Shown here in pieces: positions 1-12,555 of a stretch of 64,000 bases of DNA (positions are counted from its first letter, which is position 1; each line of letters begins with the position of its first letter). Location of the stretch: NCBI GenBank assembly GCA_965649765.1, contig OZ287755.1:25358001-25422000 (forward strand), in the 5' to 3' direction. The position numbers and the translations under genes were made by a program. The notes under the pieces are model-generated. The model was not told the origin of the DNA. It saw nothing but the letters and a program-made list of their open reading frames with translations, and did no database searches. Origin of the DNA: Bispira polyomma. Taxonomy: Eukaryota.

Positions 1-1854
1 GTTTAATATATAATTGATTTTAAATAACCGGGGAGGGGGGGAGATATGTAAAAGTAAGATAATTTAAAAATGCTACACCGGGTTTTTAATTAACAGCTAC
101 AACTGCTAAGGTGGGAGTAGACAGTGTTACCCCATCACTACCAAAGACACATTAGCTGTTTGAACATAAATATTGTTGTGTATTGAACTGTAATAAACTA
201 TCAAAAACATACCTCAAACAAGGTGTAAACAAAAAATATTGATGGGATGTGTCATGAATACGGCTAAACGTAACATTGCAGTTTTCCAGATATTCATTCC
301 AAAGGAATAAATGTTTTATACTTGATGATAGGTACTTCTCTGTACCCAAACAAGTAGTGTTTGAACATTGGGCACCACCTGGTGATAGGCACTTCTCTGT
401 ACCCATCACACAGAAACATGAAATGTGTTAAAATGATGTTGAATTTTAGGTGAAAAGTGGCAATGTCAGGTATCCCACTTATATGACGGCCAAACTGGAA
501 ACATTCAAGTATAAATGTTTCATCGCTTAGTCATAGCGTTGCTATACCACTTATAAGGGTAAAATATTAATCATAAATAAATAAATACAAATGTGTTCCT
601 CCCTTTTGACTTGTCTGTCAGGGATTTGCACTGCTTTTGTAGACCTTCAGGCCAGAAGTATAGAAGTGAGATAGAAATATGTTCCCGGCACTCTTCAGCC
701 GTCATATAAGTGATTTCAAGTTATCCCCTGTTCTTTTTGACATTGGTGTTGGAGTACATCTTAATATTTTGATGTAGTTCGTTTGAAATAGACTAACTTT
801 GACCAATAATTATAGGGTTTAAAAAAACTGAATGTAGTAATTGTTTAGAAAGTTAGTATGAGGGGTTAACTAAAAATCGATATTATATTACCCCTGCAAA
901 ATGTAAAGTGATAAATACACCTTAAAGCTTGAAATGTTTAACCAAAAAGAGATATTATTGTAAATATTGCCACTGAAAATAAAATAAATATGTACAATAA
1001 TATAATAGATTTAACCCAACAAACAAAGTAAAAAGAGGAAGTATTTTAACCATGAGGGGTACATCAAAATCCAGTTGAAGTTACCTCTAGGGTTAATTTA
1101 ACAATTGATTTTAAACCAGTAAGGAATATACTCTAGCATTGGAACTTGTTACTCCCAGAACCCATGTATGTCGGCAAGCAATCGATGCCCCAAAAATATT
1201 AGTTTATTTCCTTTCCATTCTCAACAATAGGAAATGGTTATAACAGCAGTATCACATGTTTAAAATAATTATATGTGACACTGTTATCAATACCGGAAGT
1301 AGTCCGTGGTGGGTGCTTTAGTGACTCCAACTACCTGCAATCTATTGCCAAAACCCTTCCTTTAGTTTCTGGCAATAATTTGTAGTTGGAGTCAAAAGGG
1401 AAGCACATATTAATCATATTTATTTATTTGTGATCAATATTTTACCATTTTAAGTGATATAGGAAAGTTGTCAGTACATGGTGAGACCTATATACTGAGA
1501 TGTTCCCAGTGGGTCCTTGAATGACTGTGCTAAAAATTACTTTATTTTCAGCAAATCAGATTCTTTGAAACAACATGTTTAGCCAATCAAATTGTGTATG
1601 ATAAAAAGTACGAGTAAGAATCTTTGGGAATATCGACCCAAGTTATGTGGTGTCTAGGTTAGTGTATCAAGTAACTTTGCCCTAACAGTTAATAATTGTA
1701 TCTAACTTGAACCTACTCCCACAAATACTTTGGCCCCACCCTAATTTAAGCTCAATATGACAGCCTCTTAAGTAAGGTAATTTAATGTAGCTTTTACTTA
1801 ATGGGGTCCACGGTTTGCTTATGTTTCCCCCCAGCTTTCATTTTACACTACTCT

Positions 1855-2803
1855 GTACAGAGAGATTTCTTTTTTTAAATGTTGAATACTATAAATATTA
1901 CAAACGGTAATAGTAGTTTCCTTTTCTATGCTAAATTACCAAACTCGAGGTCACGACTGAGGTAGTGAAATTCTGGCAGTTTATGTAATAAAGTAACACT
2001 TTGGTACAAAAAGACCAAAGTCATGAATTATGTGTGATTCACTGGCAATCTCCTGCTTTATTAAACCTGTTTGCCTATAATTGCATTAATAAACTGTTTT
2101 AATGACGTGCTATATCTCAAAATGTGCAGTTTCCTCGAAATAATGAAATACCTCATTTGGAGTAAATGTATTATTTGTTGTTCCTGTAAAGGATGGAGAA
2201 GGGAATAGTAAAAAAAACAGATATATTTCTCTGGTTTACGTCACAATTAAAATTAACAATAGTTAATAACATACATGTTATGTAATACATATTAACCACT
2301 AAACAAACAATTTCAAACAATCACCACATATTTTATGAAGCAGCACAACATGATTTGACCACATCATCTGGTGTGATTTTTAAAACATTTGTAAATAATG
2401 ATAGGACTATTGATATATATATATACACGCCACTGATGACGGCCGTCAATTTGACAGTCACGAGACGGTTGTACTTCAGCGGATGGACAACAAATATGTA
2501 CCTCTCGACCGCGATGACAGTCACAGACAAACATTGACTGAGGAATATGGTGACTTGCAATGAGCTCAGCACTGTGCATAATCCCCGAGGTGTGTCCTCC
2601 CCACTGACCAAGACCATTAGATTTAGGGCGCAGCACGTGCAAATCATCAGCATGTCTTCGATGGCTAGGGTCTGACGAATGAACCTATGGCTGGCTTACA
2701 GCAGCTGAGGGTACTTTTTGAGAACAAGCAGTAGGAGGAGATTGGTGATGCATGCCCACAGGGTAATGATGGGGATGATGACTTTGAAGATGTTGTCTTT
2801 CAT
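1855..2803 (-). pseudogene. Rhodopsin-class (class A) GPCR pseudogene
   Basis: ATG at 2803 is in frame with ORF 2653-2333 through a premature TAA (2698-2696). Reads MKDNIFKVIIPIITLWACITNLLLLLVL (TM1) ... TLAIED (TM2 LAxxD) ... VIAVERYIFVVHPLKY (TM3 E/DRY). Degenerate after 2333; a frameshifted TM7/helix-8-like LLPFV/IYSIQHLKKEI lies near 1915-1865 (weaker). Confidence 0.75.
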
Positions 2804-3689
2804 GTTTCTCTGTGATTTGTTTGTTTTACTCGTCTTTTACTGTCTTGTTGCCCCTTGTATAAGTACAAATAGTCACCTAATAATAACAATACTATTTTGG
2901 GATGTAGTTACAATTGTGAGTGTATAAATAGCATTAGTATGAGCTGTAGATTCTAGAACTCCTATCCTTGATTATGTGTCCCTGCCAGGTTTTAGGCACA
3001 ATATGGATCATTACCAGGCAAATGACTGCAATATTTTTGAAAAAAGCAAGAATCAATGTCCCACATTTATAACACTCTCACCACAAAAACAGGTTGACTA
3101 GTATTTAAATTTTATCCCTTAGTAAACCAACTACATGACTGGCTAAATATGTCAGAGCAGAAGCAGTGAGAATGTAACCAAAATTTGCCTGACAAATCCG
3201 TTTATAAATAGTACCGGTACTACAGATCTTAACCCCATTTCTCACTAATTAGGATTGTCTGCACCACAGGTATTATGACTCCCACATCAGCTGACTAGCT
3301 GTGGTCACTTTTGACACTAGCTAATGAAAGGTAAGTTGTATAAATGCCACTGCTGGGTCAATCTGGCGTGGCTTCATCAGGCTATTGTTTTTTCCCTAAT
3401 TAGCATGGGTCTTTTCTTTTCAATGCATAAACAGCTTGAAAGTGGCTGCAGAGTGATGTTTAGTTTTAATCACCCAGACCCATTCAATAATTGGTGTCAC
3501 TACTTACCTGGCTTGCCTGGCTTTACAACAGGAGGGGGTTTCCAATTACAGCCTGACCCCCCTTGATGCTCTAAACTGTGTAACCATATTCTACAATTTT
3601 ACAATTATTTGAGTGTCTTTATACATTTACTCTTGTACATCATTTGTAATTTTTTTGACTGTGTCACCACAAGATTTACATTCAGTTTA

Positions 3690-4339
3690 AATCTTTAAAT
3701 TGCGTAGATTGAACTTGGAGAGACTCCTGAAAAGTGAATTACAGTAATCCAACCGACTACTGACAAGAGCATTGGCCACAAGTATAGAACCATTATGATA
3801 AGTAAGAAACTGCCTGACACGTCTGAAGTCCCTGAGTTGTACAAAACTTTCGCAGACACTCTGAACATGTTTAGACAAGAAAAAAATCAGTCAAACCACA
3901 TGGCCAGATTCTTAACTGAATCAGCTAGGCAGAAGTGGCTACCCCGGATGCCAATTGGGAAACATGCTTTCAACTTCTTCCGCCGTTCTTTTGAACCAAA
4001 GAGTATAAACTCAGTCTTGTCAGGATTCAATTTAAGTTTACTGGTTGACATCCACTCTTTCACATCATCAAGGCACCTGTTCAACTGTTCAAAGGCAGCA
4101 GATGTATTCTTCTGGGTTTCATGCACAAAAACTTGGGTGTCCAAAAAATGCGTAAAAATTAAACTTAATACCTATGTATCTGCCAATCACCAAAATGAAA
4201 GGAGCAGTGTACAATGAAAACAACAAATGGTCCAGAACAGAACCTTGAGGAGCACCAGACAAGAATTCACAAATATCAGACAAAGTAGAACCAATTTTTA
4301 TCGACTGACAACGCTCAGTTAAGTATAAAGTGACCATTT
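3690..4339 (-). mobile_element. L2-clade LINE RT fragment
   Basis: Frameshifted GAPQGSVL, KLKLNPDKTEFILFG and ALVSSRLDYCNSLF; same family as 28780-29172 and 38168-38942. Confidence 0.9.
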
Positions 4340-6004
4340 AAGAACATGTATCTTTGTATTACTTAATTTGACTTGTATTAGTTAATTTAACTAACTACAG
4401 CAAAGTGGAAAATGTATTCTTGTTTACTTAATGTAATTACTACTATACAATAACAGAAACTTTCAAATATTCTTACATGTGAATCTTTTTTGTCTTTTTT
4501 TTTATTCAATATCTGTTATTTTGTTTTTGTTTGTAATTAAAATTGTTAAAGAAATATTACATTTTTAGCCCCGGTTTTATTCTATAACATAATCTATAAA
4601 TTTTGGTGATTACACTTACATTTTGCTGGATGCATTTTATTACATTTCTAGTAAATGTCTTAAACATTTTGCATATTTGTGTACTCTTTGTAGTTTTAAC
4701 ATAGCATGGTATCAGTAAACTATTACTCATATGTAATTTTTGTAAACGCTGTTAGTTGTAGTTATTAAAAACAGTTTTATTAATATGTCGAACATAGAGT
4801 CAATGCATAGTTTTATGTTACAGTTCCTAAAATTGAGTCAGAGACATTGTTATGGTAAGGTTGTCATTTTGCACCGCTATTGTTGTGGGTTAGAATGCTT
4901 CCATGATATTAGTATCCACCATGATTCTGTGTAGGACATGTGCTGGGGAGGCCAAACTGGTTTTGACTGATTTACCGAGATAAGTTTTGAAAGATCAAAG
5001 AAAGTATTGTTCGGGCCAAGAATTGGGCTCCAGGCATTTGTGTTGCATTGAGCAACAGCCACATCAAGGTAGTACAGTCTTTTTCGGCAGGCCACAGGTC
5101 AGTGGTTTCCCTATCTTGTTTTTTTCTGTCCATCCTCACATAATTAGGAATAATATCACGAGGGTTACCCCTGTCACTGGTCATTAACATTCTAACCTTG
5201 GGAAGAGGAAGACATGTTAGGAAAAAGATTTTTACTGATATTCTCCACATTTTTTAACATTTTTAGTGTGCTTGATATGACACTGGTGAGCCTAGCGGCC
5301 AGTGATATATATTAATAACGATAATTTTTGTGTTATTTTTATCAGTTGTTTTACCCACGACCTGTTGGTCAAAATTGTGCTTGTGCTGAGTGGGTTAAGA
5401 TAGAAGCAGAGAATCAACTCAACCCGATGCTCTTCACACAGAATACACACAGCATAGCAATATTAGATCATGCGGACTCTCGGGCAAGTACACTTATAAC
5501 CATGTCATGGTATTGTAAATCCTTCACTTCACACCAGCTTTAGCAACAATGGTATCTCATTAAGCTGGCAGATTAGGTCTGACACAAAGACAAAGCTTTT
5601 GTATGTAACACAGGTGTCTGTTCAAAATAGTCTCATTAACCCCGCCATTTGAGAATGATCAATTTATAAATGATGCGACATTCCCTGGTGGACTTTGTTG
5701 CTCACCTCACCTATATCAAACTATATGAATATTTGTTCACACTTAATTGTAAACCCTTCTGGAAACCAACATTCTTTTCAGAACTTGAGGTAACTGCCGC
5801 TGCAATGTTTAATTAAAATATGACACGGCTGTGATCATGATTCTGATTGGCTTAACGCTATGGTAAAAATAATAATATTTCCATAAATGGAAAAAGACTA
5901 ATTACTTCTGTAGTGTACTTCTTGCCCAGTGAATATTGTTCCTTCATACCATGCTTTTGTTATTCCTAAAGTAATTGCAAGTGTCTATTTACTTGAGTGG
6001 TGTT

Positions 6005-6126
6005 CACAAGTTTAGTTTCTTGTTTGTACCACAATTTTGATTTCCTGTTAGTACCACAAGTTTAGTTTCTTGTTTGTACCACAAGTTTAGTTTCTTGTTT
6101 GTACCACAAGTTTGGTTTCCTGTTTT
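6005..6126. repeat. 25-bp tandem repeat, about 5 copies
   Basis: Unit CACAAGTTTAGTTTCTTGTTTGTAC starts at 6005, 6030, 6055, 6080 and 6105. Confidence 0.9.
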
Positions 6127-7047
6127 CGCTAAATTAGAACTGGAACCTGAACTGTAATTGATTGGCATTGGTCCTAAATCCAAAACATTTATGGATTTAG
6201 TAGCACATTACTGATGCATTCTGCACGCTTCTGGGACTGACAGCAGAAACATTTGTGGAACACAGACTTGGGGTAGCCATACTAGCTGAATAATAAAGTA
6301 ATAAGTGATTTTTATCATTCAAGATGCAACTGTACACCCTAATTTTAGTCTTTTTCTAGTAAGTTTTACAAATATGTGCACATTATAATAAGGTAATTTC
6401 CCTCCTTATTCATACACTCATATATTTTATCTAGCGTATTGTGAATCTTAGGTTGCAAGGAAGACCATTGTCAGTTGGTAAAAGTTATGCAAGATAAAGC
6501 CTGATTATATCAAATATATAATCCTATATATAACTGTGTTTGTATATCAGGATAATCCTATCACTAAAATTGATGTGCAGAGGGTGGAGCTTAAACTTTG
6601 TGCAGAAAAACCATTGTGTGTCTGGCCAGTTGAAGATTTGCTCTTCCCTGAAAGTGCTTAAATGTTTCTTAATCCTCCCTTTCCCCCGGATCTTTTATAC
6701 TATTTTATGGATTTGGGAGTAAATTTTATGTCCACCAAATTCCACTTAAACCAATTTAGTCAGTTTAGATAAATCTTTGACAATAGATACCATATATTTC
6801 GCTGTAAGAACACTTTACTAATTTTGTACTTTTAAGAAATTCACGGCAATTTATTTTACACATTAACTAAAATTTCTTAAAAAAGCTTGTGTCAGTGATT
6901 TTAACTGGCTGTAAAGTAAGGGTCAATCTAGTAGTACAACATCAGACTGAGACCATATTTCTTCATAATTTTTCCTACTTCTACCTAAATAATTCCTCAC
7001 AATAAAGTGGTATAACGATGAACAACAAAGAGTAGTTTTCACAAAAT

Positions 7048-8688
7048 TTACTCTATTCCAAAGTGAGATGACATGTTCAGAAGGAAGTCTGTCTTTTCCC
7101 GATGTTCCACGGCACAGCTCAGTCGTTTTCTGTTCAAATGATAGCAAATGTGTTCCTCGTGTTTATATTCTAAACCAGCTTTATTCCGACACATGCCAGT
7201 CACAAATACATCCTGTATGAAAAAGGGGATGCTCACATCTCTGCACACATTCAGTATCTTTCTGGCTGCAGCACCACCTATAATGTATGCGGGGCCGGCG
7301 GCATACGGCGGGTACACTGCGTACGGATAATCCTCCTCCGAGATGTACCACTTACTAGAGACGTTCCTCACAGGGGATAAGTTATTTAATATATGACCAA
7401 TGACCACATCAGTTCGGTTGTAGCGGGAGAGCCTCTGCAAGAGCAATGATAGATTCAGGCGAACATTGTCATCGATTTTGAGCAGAAAATTGGTTTGAGG
7501 GTAGTGTTGTTTGTAGTACCACAGTAGGTACATCGATTTCAGTGTCAAGTTGTGGTAGGTGTCCAAGAAGTCACCTATGATGATATCGCTGTAGCGCTTC
7601 TGTTCTTGAAGCACAATTTTACGTACAGTCGAGTTGGGACTTTGGCCTGTGACAAAGATGACATTCACTTGGACCTCAGGGGATTTGTCTGGAAATAGGA
7701 TACATTGATTGAGGCCTAAATACTGTGTTGTGGTACATTTTGGAAAACTTGTATTGAGACCGCTCTCAGGATGACCAGTCATGGGTTGTGATCGTTTTCA
7801 AACTTCAACCACAACTTTGCATTGAAATTGACTTTATCAGCAGCAAATGGCTGACCAACAATTGCAGTTATGCATTCCAACGACCTTACTTTTACTTGTA
7901 AAGATGCAACCAGTGCAGGTACACTGATTAAGCTGTAATTTTATATACAAACAAATGCATGCTGTTGAAAGTGACGTCAAACCCAAATAAATAAATATAT
8001 AGAATACAGACCATTTAAATAGTATAAAGATCAAACGGAAGAAACATGTACAGCAGCTTCCGGTTTCGATAAAGTAAATCTATTGAACATTTTTACTTAA
8101 CAGTTTGAATGTATATTACTTATTCCTGCTAATTCTGAGCTAATTTTATTCAAATAACAGCATAAATCAAAACCCCAAGGAGGTTAAAAAATCTACCTTA
8201 CCTTGTGTAAATACCCAAAATGGATTCTTCATGGTTATATTGGTGCTATAATTCATTAAGTCTTTCCTTGTAAGATCATTTCGGATTATTTTCCTCAAGC
8301 CATAGTGCGAGGCACTTGATATGACCCCTATGAGTAGGAAATAATTCTTACTCGTGCTATTGGTACTATGTCATTGTCTCGCAACAGTTTTTGCATGTTT
8401 ACTTCCCAGCTGTCCAATATGATTTACTGTTTCGTTGTTAATATAACTGTTTTGCAAAAGTGTGTCAACCAGAAGTCCTTGTTTCTGTTTTGTGTCACTT
8501 TCTTGTTTTAAAGAAGATGTTACACTATTCTGATTTCCATTCCCCTGGTAATGTGATGTTGACCTGCCTCTTAAAACTTGTCCTTGGTACTGAATCATAT
8601 TAATTTGAATTAACGCACCTGTCAGAAGTAGCAAACTTCCAAGTATTTTGACTTTGATTTTACTCTTGCTAAAGTAATATAAGCTCAT
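7048..8688 (-). pseudogene. GT31 beta-1,3-galactosyl/GlcNAc-transferase; two exons (8688-8202, 7688-7048) with one in-frame TGA at 8373-8371
   Basis: Exon 1 has a type II signal anchor (KILGSLLLLTGALIQI), a stem, then after the TGA the motif FLLIGVISSASHYGLRKIIRN. Donor CAAG|GTAAG at 8201 and acceptor TTTCCAG at 7689 are both phase 1. Exon 2 has VIFVTG, DFLDTYHNLTLKS, KIDDN, YPPYAAGPAY and QDVFVTG. Spliced length is 1128 nt (376 codons). Confidence 0.85.
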
Positions 8689-10308
8689 TTTGTTGAAAAA
8701 TAATAATGTTATAAAAAAGGATTATATAACCATCTAACCTGTGACAATACCCTCCGAATTATTTGTGGGGGTAATAATATCCACATATATTAAACATCTT
8801 CATTTGTTTTATTTTACGTTGACAATATAGATATTCAACATTTATCAAAAAAAATTTGCCCAAAGTATTTGAAACGCATATTTCACTTTTACAATTTGTC
8901 ATTATTTGATCACTAAATTTCTTTAGGTTTCTCCAAACCATCTTCAATTTCATACCATATCTTTTGGGGGGATTATTCAACACTTTGTTTTCCCAGTGGT
9001 TTCTGTCACAGAAAAAAATTATATTGTCAAAAATAATGATAAACACATTTACTCAGCAGAAGGAAATATTTTTCCACATTGATGAGATATTTCCTCACTG
9101 CACAGGTTTGATAAATGATTCAAAGCTTCTAACAATGGTTAATTGATGTTTTTGTGTTGCCCCATTCAGCCATTGAACTAATGTTACATGCAGATGTCAA
9201 TGGTAGCAGCACTGACTGATGGGCTTTATTTAACTTAGTTTAAGCATATAAATGTGCTGTGTATATGTGTACCACTAATATCAACATCGTTAATGTTTTG
9301 TAGTGGCGAGACAGGGCTAAGTAAATATTAGGAGGATTATTCAAAACATGAAAAATATTGAACATATCACGCAATGCCGCAATTTCCATGCTACGTTATC
9401 AGTTACAAGGACTACGTTTGTACTAATATTGACAGTCCACTGGGTATAATACCTAAATTTGTGACCTAGAAATACACACAAAGATGACCAACCTTGCCTC
9501 GTGTGTTACGCAGGCATGTTGTATCTCTATTACACAGAATTCAAAATTAAAACTCAGCAAAATGATGTGTTAATTATATGACTTAAATTTTATAAAAATA
9601 GAAAAGTATGACCACTTGCATACTGACACCATGTCATAAGTATCAGTATTGTAGTGTAGACGTCTGTGGCAACCATAAATGTAACAAAAACTAGCTATGT
9701 AGCTATAACCGCAAATGTAGCAATGTCCGAAAACAAATGTAGTTTTACCCACAAATGTAACAAATTGAGAAACCACAAATGTAATAACCACAAATGTAGT
9801 AAATCCAAAAACCACAAATGTAACAAATAGATCGACCAAGACTAAAATGGTTGTATGGTCTTCAGAAATTGAAACATATTTTTTAATGGATCATTTAATC
9901 ATTGGATCATAATTACAAACTCCTCTTATTAAAAAAAATTCATCTTTGACAAAAAAATGATGTAACTATAACTTTAAATTTTAAATATCGTGCATTACTG
10001 CCATCTGTGTGTATTACTTCAAATTACCCCATAATTATATCAAAAATATATGTAAGCATATTTATAATTAATAATATATAATCTTGTGTTTTGAAGATAC
10101 GTGTATTTATCTAGTATTGCACAGTATGTAACTGTTTCATACCCACCAGGAATTAGAGGGTGCAGCGCAGTAAAAAGTGATGCTAGATGAGGGGTAGGGA
10201 TGATAAGAGCCAGTATGCTGAAAAGATGTTAGTGGACTTGCCGCAGTCTTGTGGTATAGAGTGCATTAATTTTCACCAACTAACTACATTGGTGTCCTCT
10301 ACCAATAA

Positions 10309-10481
10309 TTTGAATTTGAATTGGGATATTTAATGTCCACTCTAGTACCTTTTAGTAGGTTATATTGGGACGGGTAGTTGGAAATTCTGGAGGAAACACT
10401 GCAGAGAAACCAATAAGGAACTACCACCTTTCCCACATAGGCATCGACGGGATTCGAACTCACGCGGCCCAGAGGTTGAGA
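10309..10481 (-). mobile_element. tRNA-derived SINE (family A), 5'-truncated, 15-bp TSD
   Basis: Matches 39705-39967. B-box GAGTTCGAATCC on the minus strand; TSD GTCCTCTACCAATAA at 10294-10308 and 10482-10496. Confidence 0.85.
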
Positions 10482-10539
10482 GTCCTCTACCAATAAAATG
10501 TCTATTGTGCTATCACACCATGGTGCTGATTTATCAACT

Positions 10540-10752
10540 TTTAACATCTCTTTCAACACATTGTGTTGGTCATATCACGACGGGCAGTTTTACTGATGGG
10601 GAAAAGCCATGTATACTAGTTGGTCAAGATTCTGCACTGTAAATCACCGACCATCGGCAAGTACTTGTCAACTTTCCCACCTGCGGGCCGGGGTCGAGAT
10701 TCAAACCCACCACCTCAGAGGTGGAAGGTGAGTGTCTTGTCACCGAGGCAAC
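10540..10752 (-). mobile_element. tRNA-derived SINE (second family)
   Basis: Minus strand has B-box-like GGGTTTGAATC, a GTGGGAAAGTTG core, and a GATATGACC...TGTTGAAAGAGATGTTAAAA 3' end. Confidence 0.6.
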
Positions 10753-10981
10753 TACCTTGTGCTAAAAGCTACCTTAACTGCTAAGTTTAGGTGATATTTA
10801 TTTTTAAACATGCCTATTTTGCTACTGATAGAGAAGTGTTAATCAGCTTCCAATATATTCAGGCCGACCTTGATGTATCTGTCACTGTGGCCTAGTGGGT
10901 AATGCACTTCCTTAGGAACATCGTGGTCCTCAGTTTAATCCCAGTTACAGAGTTCTCTATACTATAACTGTCTTACATTTT

Positions 10982-12195
10982 TAGCTGATACCTTTGGAAA
11001 AATTTTCATTGATAACAACAGCAACATTTCTGATGGTTTTTAATGATGTATCATTTCTATCCTCCAACCCCAGGCTCCAAGGTTTCTAACCTGTTCCATT
11101 TCTGCACACTTTCCAAGCAAGATGTTCTTAAACTCATAAAATTCTCTCCTATTGAATCTTGTGAACTATATCCCATCCCAGCGGTTATTCTAATTAAATG
11201 CCTTGACATTCTAGTCACACCCATAACCAACATAATAAATTTTTCTCTTTGGGATGGTATTTTTAGCTCATAGAACCCAACAAATCACTTTTTATCCTCT
11301 TTCAACCTACGTTTTGGAGTACCCCAGGGATCTGTCCTTGGGCCTCTACTTTTCACCCTTAATACTCATCCTCTCAGGACTGTCATCAATAATCATAATA
11401 TAAAACATCACATGCATGCTGACAACACTCAAGTCTATCTCTCTCTCAACCATTCAAATGCAAATAAAAATATTGATCTACTTGTGAACTGTCTGTCCTT
11501 TGTCCAGCCGTAGATGAACTACTCCAAACTAAAACTTAACCCGGAAAAACAGAATGCATTCTCATTGAAAACAAGACAAATAGTGAATTCCTAAAACTCT
11601 TGTTCCCCATTTCCCTTCTGGAAAACCTTCCAAAATTTCCCAAACCTCGGTGTTACTTTTGATTCAGCCTTTTCATCAAAAAAATTTACATCAAAAGAAT
11701 CTGAAACCACCTGTCACTGTACAATGCGTTAACTGTGGCTGTGTAAACAAGCCACAGATATAAAAGCTCCAGTCCATTCAAAACTACCTATCCAGGGTGA
11801 TTTTGTGCCTGGGTAGTCACACAAACGTCACTCCTTATCTCCAAAAATTACACTGGTTGCCCATTTACTTTCAAATTATTTTCAAAATTAACGTTACCAC
11901 TTTAAAGGCTGTTGTTACTCATCAGCCCTCCTACATTGCTTCCCTTCCCTCTTTCAGTAAGTGTAAGAGAGGCAACAGACTTTGTTTCTTCAGTCAAACC
12001 CATGAGAAAAGCGGCATCAGTATTAGAAGAAAGCTTAAAACCTATCTTTTTACCCACCTTAGCTTCCGTTGTGCATGCTCTTTCCTTACAACTTTGCTAT
12101 GCCCACTGACTTTACAATTGGATCCATGATTCTACTGTTGCACTTTAGAAGATGCATGAACAAAGCATGTTTAAAATTAATAATAATAATAATAG
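10982..12195 (+). mobile_element. L2 LINE, decayed 3' part with (AAT)n tail
   Basis: GVPQGSVLGP, HWLPI and KLKTYLF remnants; same family as 15325-16258 and 52700-54355. Confidence 0.85.
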
Positions 12196-12555
12196 CGACT
12201 CAGGTGACCGTTTCTTCTTCATCTTCTAAAGTTCAACATCATTGACAGTGTTGATAAAATCATAGTCCATTTCCAATGCAGAATCGTGATCACGAGGTGG
12301 AGTGGAGGATAAAATGTTCATGGAGGGTAAGCAAGGGTGAAGAAATAGGTCTTAAGGTTGCTTCTAAAACCAGAGAGGGCTTTCTATGATCTTGTATTGA
12401 CTGGTAAATTGCTCCATTGATTAGGTGCTGCAACAGAGAAAGCATAGAATCCATTAGAGATTGAGATTCTCATAGCAAGCCTGCTCAAAGACAGCAACGA
12501 GGCAACATATTGGGGCTGGCAAAGGTTGACAGCTTTGTATGTAGTGACATTGGAA
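12196..12555 (-). mobile_element. L2 LINE 3' fragment
   Basis: The minus strand encodes FSVAAP...NLKTYF-type C-terminal L2 motifs. Confidence 0.55.

Noticed and set aside
4877-5250. Overlapping minus-strand ORFs as a gene fragment
   Set aside because: No motif that I can identify with confidence.
6930-6975. SECIS element for the GT31 TGA
   Set aside because: ATGAA...TGAT on the minus strand are only ~17 nt apart, too short for helix II plus the apical loop.
7837-8034. Hydrophobic Cys-rich ORF as the GT31 N-terminus
   Set aside because: It lies inside the predicted intron; exon 8688-8202 supplies the anchor and motif I in the right phase.
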